A stretch of DNA of 64,000 nt, taken from contig NC_057720.1 of assembly GCF_004010195.1 (NCBI RefSeq), positions 8,052,012 to 8,116,011 of the forward strand, written 5' to 3'. Below are positions 50,088 to 63,300 of the stretch, one piece after another. The first letter of the stretch is position 1; the number at the start of each line of letters is the position of its first letter. The stretch is from Chiloscyllium plagiosum (lineage: Eukaryota). A program made the position numbers and the translations under genes. The notes below the pieces were generated by a model that was not told where the DNA came from, searched no databases, and saw nothing but the letters and a program-made list of their open reading frames with translations.

Positions 50088-51923
50088 TTCCTTAACAGTG
50101 TGGACTGTGATTTTGAGCATTTCCAAAATCATTTTATGGAATACCATAGAGAAGAATCCTGGCAGATTTTATGTAGTGGAAATCATACATATGAGACATA
50201 AGGACTGGAGTAGGCCATTCAGCCCTCCAAGCCAGTTCAGTCATTCAGTAAGTTCATATACGTCTGATATATGCCTCACCTCAAGTGTTACCAGTAACCT
50301 GATCAAAATCTCTCAATCCCCAGACTTCAGGATGCCTTCGTCCTAGATTTCCACCATATCCTTTCTGTGAAAACATGCTTCCTGTAAAAATCTTTCAGTA
50401 TCCAAAACAATTGCATAAGAAGCCCATATTCTGGTTTGCTTTCAGTTTAATACCTTATATTAAAATGACTGGTGAGATCTTCAGGTCAAGTTGGAACTTT
50501 GATCCAGCTGTGTAGAAGGAGATCCACACATGCTTTCTATTATATTGCATTTACTTTTGAAGCCTTTTAAAGGTTAACTTATGGTTCAATTATTTTACTT
50601 CAATAAATTTCAGACTAAGCACATTTCCAACCCTTTCTCGACAAGGTCAACTCCTACCAACCTTATGAATCTCCTTGATCATTGTCAGTCAGCTGACAAT
50701 ACTTCAACCTTACAGTTCTGCCCACTGCAGTAAGTGGTGGCATTGATTATACTTTTAAGAGTGTGCATCTGTTCTGCAGAAATCATCTGAAAGTATTGTG
50801 GCGTCCAAGTATGAGAACCTAACTACTGTGTGATGTGTATCTATGCAAAGCCAATAACTAGAGATGTATACAGAGTTATAATTAATTGAAGACTGAAACA
50901 TTGAATCATATTTTTAACATTTTATGGCAATTTCACTGGCAGTAGGGACTCATTCCTGACAATACTGCAAAGTGATGATCGCAGTGCCATTCATGAATAA
51001 TACATTAGAGACAAAAATGCATTGACAGCAAAGGGTGCTTGTGTCTGATGACTGAGAGTGTCAAATGTGCAACACCATTTAATTGTCAGGTTAAATGGGC
51101 TCTTTAGCCTTGATTATCTCAGAGAAGGAGCTCCTAAAACATAAAAACTCCTTCTAAGAAGATAACTGGGAATCAGATCAGTTGCACATCTCGAGTAAGT
51201 GGTTGAGTTGGAATAGTAAATGGTTGAGTTGGAATTTGCCCTCAAGAAGAACACAACAAATGACAGTATATTGCTAACACTGGAATAGAACTTTTGGAAG
51301 CTTTACTCTCATCAAACCATTGTATCCTTGGCCTGATGTCTGTGAGAACCCTGAGAATTGATATAAATTATAACTTACGTATCTTCTCTATGTTTCTGCT
51401 GACTTTATGGAGTGCCGTTGACTGAATCAATTCAGAAATGCCACTCTTTGTGACTTAAAACGCAGTTGAGGATTAATGGGAACAACACTGATTAATGCAT
51501 GAGTCAGTGAACTAACTATTAGTCCGAGAGGGTACAAACCTGATCCTGGCACAGCACTTCTCTGCTCAATATTCTTAACTTTCCATTGGCACTCACCACT
51601 CTCCTAAGGCTCACAAGCCCTTTCCACCAGCCTTGTGGCACACCCAGTAAAACTTTCTGATTGTGCAGCAACTCAGGATGGGCCCCATAACCAGGTCAGG
51701 TGTCCTTGTGCCCCTTCAACACCCTGCCAGATTTTATGGATTAAACGTAGTGTTGTTTCTTGCAAGTGCATGCACTATTGGCAATTATTTACATACACAA
51801 TGCCAAGGTATTCGATAATGACATTCAAACATACACAAACCACAAACAAAAAGACATCGTGTTTACTGTTTTCCGTGCACTGAAAACAAATTAGCAACAC
51901 AATTTTCAATCTTTGTCACTTAC

Positions 51924-52034
51924 TTACGTTACTGCATTGTTAGCGCTTGCAAGACACTGTTTTCTGGCATGTTGTCGCAGCTGTCTTTATTCAATTTGGA
52001 ATCTCATCTTTCAGAAAGCAATGCTTGAAGTAGC
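51924..52034 (-). other. Candidate non-coding/UTR exon
   Basis: Acceptor ttcattactgctgtttctatgcAG and two overlapping GTAAGT donors; lies in a TE-free block; no transcript evidence available. Confidence 0.3.
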
Positions 52035-52894
52035 CTGCATAGAAACAGCAGTAATGAATAATGAAGACAATTAGGACAGTCCCTGACCAGATTGCGGTCA
52101 TGACCCGAGTTTAGCTGGGGGGATTCATACGCAGTTTCTAACAATTCCACAACAGCATTAAATGTCCTTTCAATTTTTGTTTCTCCCCTTTTCTACATCC
52201 ACGCCTTAATTATTCCCTTACAGCAAAATGATATTTTTCTCATTTGGCATGAGATCTGCAGATTCAAGGCAGCAAGTTTGCAACGCAGGTTTCAATTGGA
52301 TGGAGTTTGCAAACAATGTTAATGTGTTTCACCCATCCATATGCTAAAGGGCAATTTGGGGCTTTGCCTTTGACCTGTTAGTCTACTTCTAGGCTCTTCC
52401 ATCAACATAATTACAGATTCATTCAATCATGTTTAAAAGGCTTGCACTGTCCACAGTATTTCAATGGGTAAATCCCTAGGCTCCATAGCCTAGCAAATTT
52501 GATAAACTAAACACAATCTGATTAACTTCGGCATCCAAGATTCCAATGGTGCAGCTGAAGCTGATGAAAACTTTCTACTTTAAAAATAATATTGCACTGA
52601 GACTAATTGGTCTAAAACTCTAAAGAGCCATGCATCTTCCCCATTGCAATATGTTAGTGTTCAGTTTGTTTCTGCAGTGATGATTTAAGGAGACAACAGC
52701 CACACAATTCCAGCTACATTGGTGACATTCAATAGGCTGAGAAATTATGATTTATTAGGAAAAAGACAGAGGGTTTCCATAGCGAGCATTGACTCAATGG
52801 TGGCTTATGGTGGGATTGAGGTTGAAAAGAAGGGGATGTTAGCAATTCTGGAAAATGTGAAAATAGATACCTCCCCTGGGCCAGATAGGATTTA

Positions 52895-53476
52895 AGGAGA
52901 AAGTGAGGTCTGCAGATGCTGGAGATCAGAGCTGGAAATGTGTTGCTGGAAAAGCACAGNNNNNNNNNNNNNNNNNNNNNNNNNNNNNNNNNNNNNNNNN
53001 NNNNNNNNNNNNNNNNNNNNNNNNNNNNNNNNNNNNNNNNNNNNNNNNNNNNNNNNNNNNNNNNNNNNNNNNNNNNNNNNNNNNNNNNNNNNNNNNNNNN
53101 NNNNNNNNNNNNNNNNNNNNNNNNNNNNNNNNNNNNCCGTCGTGTTGTTGTGGTCTGGTGATGGAGGAGTCCAAAGACCTGCATATCCTTGGTGGAGTGG
53201 GAGGGGGAGTTGAAGTGTTGAGCCACAGGGTGGTTGGGTTGGTTGGTCCGGGTGTTCCAGAGGTGTTCTCTGAAACGCTCCCCTAGTAGCCGGCCTGTCT
53301 CCCCAGTATAGGGGAGGCCACATCGGGTGCAGAGGATGCAGTAGATGATGTGTGTGGAGGTGCAGGTGAATCTGTGGCGGATATGGGAGTTTCCTTTGGG
53401 GCCTTGGAGGGAGGTGAGGGGGGAGGTGTGGGCGCAAGTCTTGCACCTCCTGCGGTTGCAGGGGAAGGTGCCGGGA
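52895..53476 (-). mobile_element. Neptune-type PLE 3' fragment (GIY-YIG region) spanning the assembly gap
   Basis: High similarity to 22855-23607. Confidence 0.9.
52960..53136. other. Assembly gap (177 N)
   Basis: Run of N. Confidence 1.
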
Positions 53477-54655
53477 TTTAGTGGTTTAGATCAGAAATTG
53501 GCTAGCTGAAAGAAGACAGAGGGTGATGGTTGATGGGAAATGTTCATCCTAGAGTTCAGTTACTAGTGGTGTACTGCAAGGATCTGTTTTGGGTCCACTG
53601 CTGTTTATCATTTTTATAAATGACCTGGAAGAGGGCATAGAATGATGGGTTAGTAAATTTGCAGCTGACACTAATGTTGGTGGCATTGTGGATAGTTTGA
53701 AAGGATGTTGCAGGTTACAGAGGGACATAGATAAGCTGCAGAGCTGGGCTGAGAGGTAGCAAATGGAGTTTAATGTGGAAACGTGTGAGGTAATTGACTT
53801 TGGAAGGAGCCACAGGAACAAAGAGTACAGGGCTAGTGGTAAGATTCTTGGTAGTGTAGATGAGCAGAGAGATCTCGGTGTCCATATTCATAGATACCTG
53901 AAAGTTGTCACCCAGGCTGATAGGGTTGTTAAGAACACATGTGGTGTGTTATGTTTTATTGGTAGAGAGATTGAGCTTCGGAGCCACGAGGTTATGTTGC
54001 AGCTGTACAAAAGTCTGGTGCTGCTGCACTTGGAGTATTGCGTGTAGCTCTGGTCACTGCATTTTGGAAGGATGTGGAAGCTTTGGAAAGGGTGCAGAGG
54101 AGATTTACTAGGATGTTGCCTGGTATGGAGGAAAGGTCTTACGAGGAAAGGCAGAGGGACTTGAAGCTATTTTCGTTAGAGAGAAGAAGGTTGAGAGGTG
54201 ACTTAATTGAGACAAAAAAGATAATCAGAGGGTTAGATAGGTTGGAGCCGTTTTCCTCGGATGGTGATGGATAGCACGAGGGGACAAAGCTTTAAATTGA
54301 GGAGTGATAGATATAGAACAGATGTCAGAGGTAGTTTCTTTACTCAGAGAGTAGGAGGGGTGATGAACAGTAGTAGACCCGCCAATTTTAAGGGCATTTA
54401 AATGGTCTTTGGATAAACATATGGATGAAAATGGAATAGTATAGGTTAGATGGGGTTCAGATTGGTCCACAGGTCGGTGCAACATTGAGGGCCAAAGAGC
54501 CTGTACTGTGCTGTAATGTTCTATGTTCTATGTTTTTCTGTAATCGTGACCAAAGACAGACACGATTAAGACCTCTGATAGTGAGTTTATGAATGTATTG
54601 TCAATTTAATGGTGCCATTTTCAGAGCAAAAGGTGAGACTGTACTTAAAATATCT

Positions 54656-54870
54656 CTGAGGAGAAAGTGAGGTCTGCAGATGCTGGAGATCAGAGCTGAA
54701 AATATGTTGCTGGAACAGCGCAGCATGTCAGGCAGCATCCAGGGAACAGGAGAATCGACGTTTCGGGCATAAGCCCTTCCTGAAGAAGGGCTTATGCCCG
54801 AAACGTCGATTCTCCTGTTTCCTGGATGCTACCTGACCTGCTGCGCTGTTCCAGCAACACATTTTCAGCT
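54656..54870. mobile_element. Young small PLE-derived foldback element with an intact hammerhead core
   Basis: ~85-bp inverted arms; CTGAAGA a gggc ttat gccc GAAAC GTC at 54780-54807; 17-bp TSD CTGTACTTAAAATATCT at 54639-54655 and 54871-54887. Confidence 0.93.
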
Positions 54871-54989
54871 CTGTACTTAAAATATCTTCAAGACCAACCA
54901 CAAAGAGTTACCTCCTTTCATTCTGAAGAAAAAACATTGGAAACACACAGCAGGTCAGGCAATCAGTGAAGAGCTTAAACATTCAATTA

Positions 54990-55303
54990 AGGATAGCACG
55001 GTGGCTCAGTGGTTAGCACTGCTGCCTTACAGCGCCAGAGACCCGGGTTCAATTCCGGCCTCAGGCAACTGTCTGTGTGGAGTTTGCACATTCTCCCTGT
55101 GTCTGCGTGGGTTTCCTCCGGGTGCTCCAGTTTCCTCCCACAGTCCAAAGATGTGCAGGTCAGGTGAATTGGCCATGCTAAATTGCCCATAGTGTTAGGT
55201 GAAAGGGTAATTTGTAGGGGAATGGGTCTGGGTGGGTTGCTCTTCAGAGGGTCAGTGTGGACTTGTTGGGCCGGAGGGCCTGAATCCACACTGTAAGTAA
55301 TCT
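54990..55303 (+). mobile_element. HE1-type SINE, full length
   Basis: Head, V-domain and tail. Confidence 0.92.
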
Positions 55304-57509
55304 AAAAAAAAATTTGAGGACCTTTAATATTCACCATGAATTGCGTCTTCCCTTTCTCTGCTAATTCACTAAATTCTTCACCATTGTACTCTTCACTCTT
55401 CATCAGAGTACTTGCTACTCTTCAAGCACATTTACTGAACTTTTTATTGGTGTGCTTGTTGCATTTTTCACCATGTGCAGTCATACACCTGCTGTTCACC
55501 TACTGTTGTTTCATTAAAAATGCCTGCTTTACCTTTCTTAATCATCTGGAAGTTATTGTATTTGTCTACTATTCTTGCAAGCAGCTAACTTGGCCTGAAT
55601 TCTCCAGGTCAAAAATGATGGGTCAAAAAGCCTCATTTTGTGTCATAAAATTCAACCAATTTATATTGTAAATAATTTATATATGAATTTGAAAGAATGA
55701 TATTCAAAGGCAATAGAAGGATGCTTTGATTGAGAGTTAAAGCAGTATGGAACTTATACATGGCTGGTCTCAAATGTCCAGCCTTAATTTGAATCCGGGA
55801 GTCCTGTTTCTGGGGAGAATTTATTTGTCCCAAAAGGGGAACAAGATATAATTTATTGTTGAACTGGGGCAAAGATTTGACCATCAACAAAGAATAAGAA
55901 TCTAATCCTTGCTGCCAAGAAATAAAGTTAAAATTTGATCGAGATAAAATTTTGCTCAGTGAGGGTATTCAGGAATGGGGGACTAGTTTACGATGCAGTG
56001 AGGCCAACAGCATGAATTCAATTGCTGCACCAGCTGAGGTCACGATGAAGACTCTTCATCTCAACAGCTCCCTTTGTCCAAGGGGTAACAACCTTAAGGT
56101 TGAATTACCATGAGTTGTCTCTGTTTCTAATGAGACAGCAGCTCTATAGTCCAGAAACACTATGCCGGTTTTACCTTTATTCAGGGATATGGGCCAAAGG
56201 CAGGTATTTGGAGTTAGGCCAAAGATCAACCATGGCTTCATTGAGTGGTGGAACAGACTTGAGGGATTGAATGGCCTACAGTTAAGAGTCAAGCACATTG
56301 CTGTGTATCTGGAATCACATGCAGGCAGTTTCATTCCCTGAAGTGAACCAGCATGGCTTTCTAATCATTGCCAAGGCTTATCACCAGGTTCATAGTTCCA
56401 GACTTTTATTCAATTCAAATTCCATCACCTGCCATGATGGGTTTCGAACCTGTGACCCCAGAGCATTACCTAAGTCTATGACTTTTGAGTCCAGTGATAA
56501 TACAACTCGGGCATCCCTCCCAGGGTGATGAGGGGAATAACCCAAAGGAGAGAGAAAATATGAGACAAAGTTCTGCTCTTGATCGCATTCTGCTGAGCAG
56601 GATTGAGGTTGTGTGGTCCTGCTACACACCTGGAACCTTCCAGATACTTAACCTTTGAACAACATGAGCATAGAAACAAAAGGGTTCAACATTGTTGTGG
56701 ATGCTTTCTTTCTGACGAGGTATTAAATCAAGGCTCTTCCAACCTTCTCATGTGCGTGTGAAAGATCCCAAGGTGGCATTGGCAAAGAAGATGGGTCATT
56801 ATCCCCATTGTCCTCTGGGCAAAACTTATCCCTTTCTCAAAGTTACAAAAAAAAACCCACATCTTCCTATCATTACCATATATTTATTTGCTGTTTTGCT
56901 ACAAATGACAATGTAAGCTCCAATGAGACAACCTGAGGCTATGGAAGGAATTCTCTCGATGCAAGCTTTCCTTTATTCTTTATATCGGAATTTCAAAGGA
57001 ATAGGATGGCATCAAAATTTAGTTTCAGTTGACCAAGAGTAATTTCCAAACGATTTGGAACTGCTCCAACCATCTCTCTAACAGGTCCCCCATGCCCCTA
57101 TTCTATTTGTATCTTTCCAGTGGGGAAACTGGTGCCTTCGTCCTGATACATTGCTGGTTTTTGGCCAACTGCACTTGTCAGACAGCTCAGAACCTGCGGT
57201 GCTGAATTTTGGAAGTCACTCAACCATCACCATTGTAAACCCAAGGGATCTGGTGTTCTTCATGCCCATTAATCGAAAGCCCTTTGCTGAACTTGCTGGC
57301 TGGGAGCTTCAGTAACTATTCTCAAAGCTTCACATCCTTTGAATTTTCTCTCTTTCTCTTCTTTTTGGGGGTGGCAACTTCTGACTGGCTGTCCTCTTAG
57401 AATATTAGCCCAATGCTGTTCTTCCCTTAGTTGGTCTGGCTTATTGAATGTCCAAAGATTCATGTATTCAACATTCTGATATAATCACAGAATTATTATG
57501 GTGCAAAGA

Positions 57510-58113
57510 CATTATAGAATCCCTACAGGGTGAAAACAGGCATTTCGGCCCATTGAGTCCACACACAACCCTCCAAAGAGCATCCCACCCACACGTACCC
57601 CCTACCTGATCCCTATAACCCTGCTTTTCCTATGGCTAATCCTCCTCGCCTGCACATCCCTGGACACTATGGGCAATTTAATATGGCCAATCAACCTGAC
57701 CTGCACATCTTTAGTCTAGATTAGAGTGGTGCTAGAAAAGCACAGCAGGTCAAGCAGCATCCGAGGAGCAGGAAAAATGACGTTTCAGGAAAAGCCCTTC
57801 ATCATTTTCCAGCACCACTCTAATCTAGAGGGATATGGACCAGATGCTGGCAGGTGGGACTAGATTGGGTTGGGTTATCTGGTCGGCATGGGCGGGTTGG
57901 ACTGAAGGGTTTGTTTCCATGCTGTACATCTCTATGATTCTATGATTCTATCTGCAGTCCTCACTTTTGCCTGCACATCTTTAGACTGTGGGAGGAAACA
58001 CATGCAGACACATGGAAAATGTACAAACTCCACACAGACAAAGGGTGGAATCAAACCCAGGTCCCTGGCACTGTGAGGCAACAGTTGCTAACCACTGAGC
58101 CACCGTGCCACCA
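57510..58113 (-). mobile_element. HE1-type SINE containing a nested PLE foldback (~57714-57970) that itself contains a CR1 tail (~57828-57950)
   Basis: cctgcacatctttag occurs on both sides of the nested block (~57700-57714 and ~57970-57984). Confidence 0.8.
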
Positions 58114-58129
58114 ACCATGCTGACCGCTA

Positions 58130-58700
58130 CATATCAATGAAAGTCCAAGATCAGCTGTCATCACCACACTGGACTGCAGTGAGACCTGGACAGTGAATCC
58201 ATGACACACAAGAGCACCAGAGGAATTCAACTTGCGGCCTTCACCATGTCATCTGGATTCAATGGGAGGACATTGACCAGATGCTAGTGTCCTCCTTGAA
58301 GCCAGTTCCACAAACATTAAAGCAAATCCTCAGCAAAGTCAACCTCAATGGATTGGACATTATGTCCAGATAGCCTGGTGCTCTGTCCACCAGGGCCTGC
58401 TTTCCCAACTCGCAAATGGACAGCATTCCAGAGGAGGACAAAGAAAATACTTGCAGGATCTTCTGAAGTCCTTGAAGCCTGGCAGTATTGATATGCATGA
58501 CTGGGAGGAGCTTCCGACCAATCATTCAAAGTGCTGACTACTTTAGCATTGAACTCCTTCATGTGTTGAGTTAGAATCCCAGAGCGCTATCAGGGAGAGA
58601 AAGGGAAGGAAGGAATGCTCTATGGATGATGTACCTCATGGATGAAATTGCCCATATGTCAAAGATCAGTGGGTTGACAGTGCGTTTGTTTAATTATATT
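58130..58700 (+). mobile_element. Decayed RTE-clade LINE 3' fragment
   Basis: Fragmentary translation resembles the RTE C-terminus: ETWT...IQWED...QLQWIGHYV...SRGGQRK...DWEEL. Confidence 0.55.
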
Positions 58701-58869
58701 AAGATGGATGGCAGAAAACATGTAATCCTCAGTAGATATCAATCTTGAACTCAGAGACAGCTGGTGATAGCTCATGATGTGGACTGCTACCAAATGAGCC
58801 ACACGGATTATTTAATTTGCCATTAGGTGAGAGTTTAAGGGAAGAAATGGACGCTCAACAAGTTGCCTT

Positions 58870-59232
58870 TTTAAAAATTCATTCATGGGATGAGGATGTC
58901 ATTGGCTTGACCAATATTAATTGCCAATTCCTAATTGCCCAGAGGACATTTAAGAGTCAAACACATTGTTGTGGGTCTGGACTCACATGTAGGCCAGACC
59001 AGGTAAGGATGGCAGACTTCTTTCCCTAGAGGCAATTAGTGAATCAGATGGGTTTTCTCCCAACAATTAGCAATGGATTCATGGTCATCATTAGACTCTT
59101 AATTCCAGATTTTTATTGGCTTCAAATTCTACAATCTGCCATGGCAGGACTTGAACCTTGGTCTCCAGAATATTACCAGTGTCTCTGGACTAACAGCTCA
59201 GAGAAAATATCATTAGCCCATTACCTCCCCTG
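58870..59232 (-). mobile_element. tRNA-derived SINE family B
   Basis: Full-length match to the family. Confidence 0.8.
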
Positions 59233-59887
59233 AGGCTTGTTGAAGTATTGCTCAAAATCTCAGATTTGGTTTGAAGTGGAAAACTTTCCTGAACTATTTC
59301 TCCTTTTGACTTCATTGACTTTAGCTGGTCATCTGTCTGACTGCACTTTATGAGATTTTCCAGTATACTAGATGCTTGCTCATGTGCATAGTTGCTGAAC
59401 CATCAGACCATAAGATACAGGAGCAGAATTAGGCCATTTGCCCCATGGCTTCTGCTCTGCCATTCCATCATGGCTGATGCATTTCTCAAGCCCACTCTCC
59501 TGCCTTCTCCCATAATCCTTGATCCCCTTAACTAATCATGAACCTATCTATCTCTGTCTTAAATACAATCATTGGCTTAGCCTCCACAGCCTTCTGCAGC
59601 AAAGATTCACCACCCTCTGGCTGACAGAATTTCTCATCTCAGTTCTCAACGATTGTCCTTTCACTCTGAGGCTGTGTCTTCAGGCTCTACTCTCCCTTAC
59701 GAACGCAACCTTACATCATTGAGTTGAATTGAATTGAATTAGCTTTATTGTTATATGTACCCAAATGAATACAGTGAAAAATTTATAATTCACCACTCAT
59801 AGCACTATCTTAGGTACAAAGGTACCTAGGTACAGTTTCTTCAGTTACAGATTCACCAACACAAAGTGCCATCTTAAACACAGAGTA

Positions 59888-60096
59888 GGAGAAAGTGAGG
59901 ACTGCAGGTGCTGGAGATCAGAGTCAAGAGAGTGGTGCTGGAAAAACACAGCAGGTTAGGCAGCATCCGAGGAGCAGGACAGTCAACATTTTGGGCATAA
60001 GCCCTTCTTCAGGAATCAGGCGAAGGGCTGATGAAGGGCTTATGCCCAAAATGTCGAGTCTCCTGCTCCTCAGTTTCCAGCACCACACTCTCGACC
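59888..60096. mobile_element. Small PLE-derived foldback element
   Basis: Inverted arms; 15-bp TSD CTTAA(A/G)CACAGAGTA at 59873-59887 and 60097-60111. Confidence 0.85.
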
Positions 60097-61204
60097 CTTA
60101 AGCACAGAGTACCCAAGTACAATCCTTAGTTACAGAATAAAGGAATGAAGAAACAAGGTAACATTACAGCTATACACAGTACAACCATAGGCTAGAAAAA
60201 CAAGAAGTGGATTTAAGAAGACAAACACCAAAGGTTCTGCCTCTGTACTCCACACAGGACCACTGGTCACTGGCATCCCTGCTCTGGGCCATTGACTGCT
60301 GATCCTGCTTCAGAGGCTGGGAATCAGAGAGCTGGAGCAAGTGCCTGGGGCCGAGTGTCTGAGAAGACAGAAGACAACTGCAGAAATGAAGAAAAGAGGG
60401 AGATAAAAATGGAGAGGAATGGGTAAAGAGGACAAGCTCTGGCTGGAGTGTCCTACCCCAGCACCATCTTACCAGCAGTTTGTTGGATTAAAATTTGAAA
60501 CTCTTGGTGTTTGTGAGAAAGTGGATACATAAATGAAAGTCTTCCACCTATACATTTACACTGATACCTGCTGCAACAACTTTCAGGCAGGAGTCAATTT
60601 GATTTAATGAAATCGACTCCTAGTTAGCCCAAGCAGAAAACTTCCAAGCTCAAATGCGGCATGAATATAAACAAATAAATAAACGACAGTCTGTAACATG
60701 TACATATGTGGTGTGGAAGACTGTCTGGCAGAATTCTTAGAACAATCACATTTCAGACTCTTAACTAAAGCAGTAGGTCCAGTCATTGCTGGTCAGACAG
60801 TAACATAACTCGCAAATTCTTGGGTTCCAAGAGATTGTGAAACCCAATTCTGGAGGCGTTTCCTCCAAATTCACTGCCTCCAGCCAGACACACATAGGTT
60901 ATCTTTGCTCATTTCAGCAGATTTTCCCCTACAGCATGACATTTGTTTTGTGGTAATTAATCCAACCCATCATCCGCATCATGTTTTTCCCTAAAGGCAA
61001 AGTTAAAGCTAGCGATCTAAGTCAGGTTCCAGGAAGACTGCCAAACCTTTCATTTCTTTTCAAAAAAAGACGAAAAATATCCTTTCATCTTCAATTCCAA
61101 AGACTTGCCATTATTTATGGTCTTGTGAAGTGCTTTCATTAATGCACCAATGAGGTCACCTGCTTGCTGTCATGTCCTAGACCACCAGAGATTAATGCAA
61201 GACA

Positions 61205-61515
61205 CAATGGTCTCGTGGCATTATTGCTTGACAATTAATCCAGAGACCTGGGTTCAAATCCTGCAATGGCAGGTGGTGGAATTTGAAATCAATAAATATC
61301 TGAAATTAGGAGTCTAATGAAGACCATGATACCATTGTCAACTGATGGAGGAAAACCTCATCTAATTCACTCATTCCCTTTATGGAAGGAAACCGCCATC
61401 CTTACCTGGTCTGATCTACATGTGACTCCAGACCCACAGGAATATGGTTGACTCCTAACCCCTCTTTGGGCAATTAGGGATGGGCAGTGATTCCCACATC
61501 CCATGAATGAATGAA
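61205..61515 (+). mobile_element. tRNA-derived SINE family B
   Basis: Full-length match to the family. Confidence 0.8.
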
Positions 61516-62154
61516 AAAAACATTCAAGGTGACAGAAAACAAAGAAGGGATTGTGAGTTGACCTGATAGAGATATTTCAGCTTAAGAATAGGGTTGAAAT
61601 AGAAATGATGGGGAAATGGAGGAAGACAGGTTGGGGTTCACTAAGATGAGATTTATTTATTCATTCACAGGACAAGGACATCACTGACAGGAGAATTCAT
61701 TGCCCATTCCTGGTTATTTTGAGAAGATAGTGGTAAGCTGCCACCTTCACTTACTGCAATCTGTTACTTCTACTGATACTATCACAGATGGATACATCTG
61801 TGACAGATAGGTTGGTGAGGGCGAAGTCAAGTGGAATTTTCTGTCTCGTTAGTTTACAGACCAGACCCTGCCTTGCAACTGTACCCTTTAGAACCCAGTC
61901 AACTCGGTCAGTTGAGAAGCTACCAGACCACACTGGGTGATCGGCATTGAAGCCCTTGCCATCCCCAGTTCTTCTTACCAGTGGTGTTCAACAGGGAGGA
62001 GTACAGATTCATCAGCCGAGAGGAAGCCGGAAGGTGGGTGTCCTTGCCCATGCTTTACCAGATGCCGTGAGACTTCCTAAGGTCCAGAGCCAAAGTTAAC
62101 AACAGCCAGAGCAACTACTTCTTGAGAATATACCATGGTGCTGGAACCTCAAAT

Positions 62155-62830
62155 AGAGTCATAGAGGTGTACAGAACAGAAACAGACCCTTCGATCCAAC
62201 TTGTCCATGCTGACCAGATATCCCAACCCAACCTAGTCCCACCTGCCAGTACCTGCAATATCTCTCTAAACCCTTCCTATGCATTTACCCATCCAGATGC
62301 CTTTTAAATGTTGGAATTATACCAGCCTCCACCACTTCCTCTGGCAGCTCATTCCATACACACGTACCACCCTCTGCATGAAAAAGTTGCCTCTTAGGTC
62401 TCTTTTATATCTTTCCCCTCTCATCCTAAACCTATGCTCTCTAGTTCTGGATTGCCCCACCCCAGGGAAAATACTTTGTCTATTTATCCTATCCATGCCC
62501 CTCATGATTTTGTAATCCTCTATAAGGTCACCCCTCAGCCTCCGATGCTCTAGGGAAAACAGCCCCAGCCTATTCAGCCTCTCCCTCTAGCTCAAATCCT
62601 CTAACCCTGGCAACATCCTTGTAAATCTTTTCTGAACCCTTTCAAGTTTCACAACAGCTTTCCAATAGGAAGGAGACCAGAGCTGCATGCAATATTCCAA
62701 CAGTGGCCTCACCAATGTCCTGTGCAGCAGCAACATGACCTCCAAACTCCTGTACTCAATACTCTGATCAATAAAGGAAAGCATACCAAATGCCTTCTTC
62801 ATTATCCTATCTACCTGCGACTCCATGATT
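62155..62830 (-). mobile_element. CR1 3' fragment
   Basis: MESQVDRIMKKAFGMLSFI..LVRPLLEYCMQLWSP. Confidence 0.92.
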
Positions 62831-62917
62831 CTATGTTAAACAGGACAGACCCAAGGTTAGTGTATGGGACATTGCCTGCAAGTTTTGAGTACAGGAGGAT
62901 GACCACATCAAGCTTTT

Positions 62918-63221
62918 ATATTCCCTACAGTGTGGAACCAGGCTCTTCGGCCCAACAGGTCCACACCGACTCTCCGAAGAGTAACCCACCCAGAACCATT
63001 CCCCTTGGACTAATGCATCTAACACTATGGGCAATTTAGAATGGTCAATTCACCTGACTTTGGTGGAACTGTGGGAGGAAACCAGAGTACCCAGAGGAAA
63101 CCCACGCAGACACGGGGAGAATGTGCAAACTCCACACAGACAGTCACCCAAGGCTGGCATCGAACCTGGGACCTGGGTGCTGTGAGGCAGCAGTGCTAAC
63201 CACTGAGCCACCGTGCGGCCC
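62918..63221 (-). mobile_element. HE1-type SINE
   Basis: Head and V-domain on the minus strand. Confidence 0.88.
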
Positions 63222-63300
63222 ATGCTCTGCTACACTCTCCATTGAAACAGGATTGATTCCCCAGCTAGATTGTATTGGTAGCACGCACGAATCATTAGTT

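Larger units (their letters stand above)
52780..54535 (+). mobile_element. CR1 LINE ORF2 fragment (52780-52894 plus ~53477-54535) interrupted by a PLE
   Basis: KID.SPGPD.I upstream; then [41 protein letters not shown]; (GTTCTAT)n tail. Confidence 0.9.

Noticed and set aside
51200..51234. 15-bp direct repeat tggttgagttggaat x2
   Set aside because: Only two copies, consistent with simple slippage; not an array
52729..53446. ORFs spanning the N run
   Set aside because: Artefacts of translating through the assembly gap
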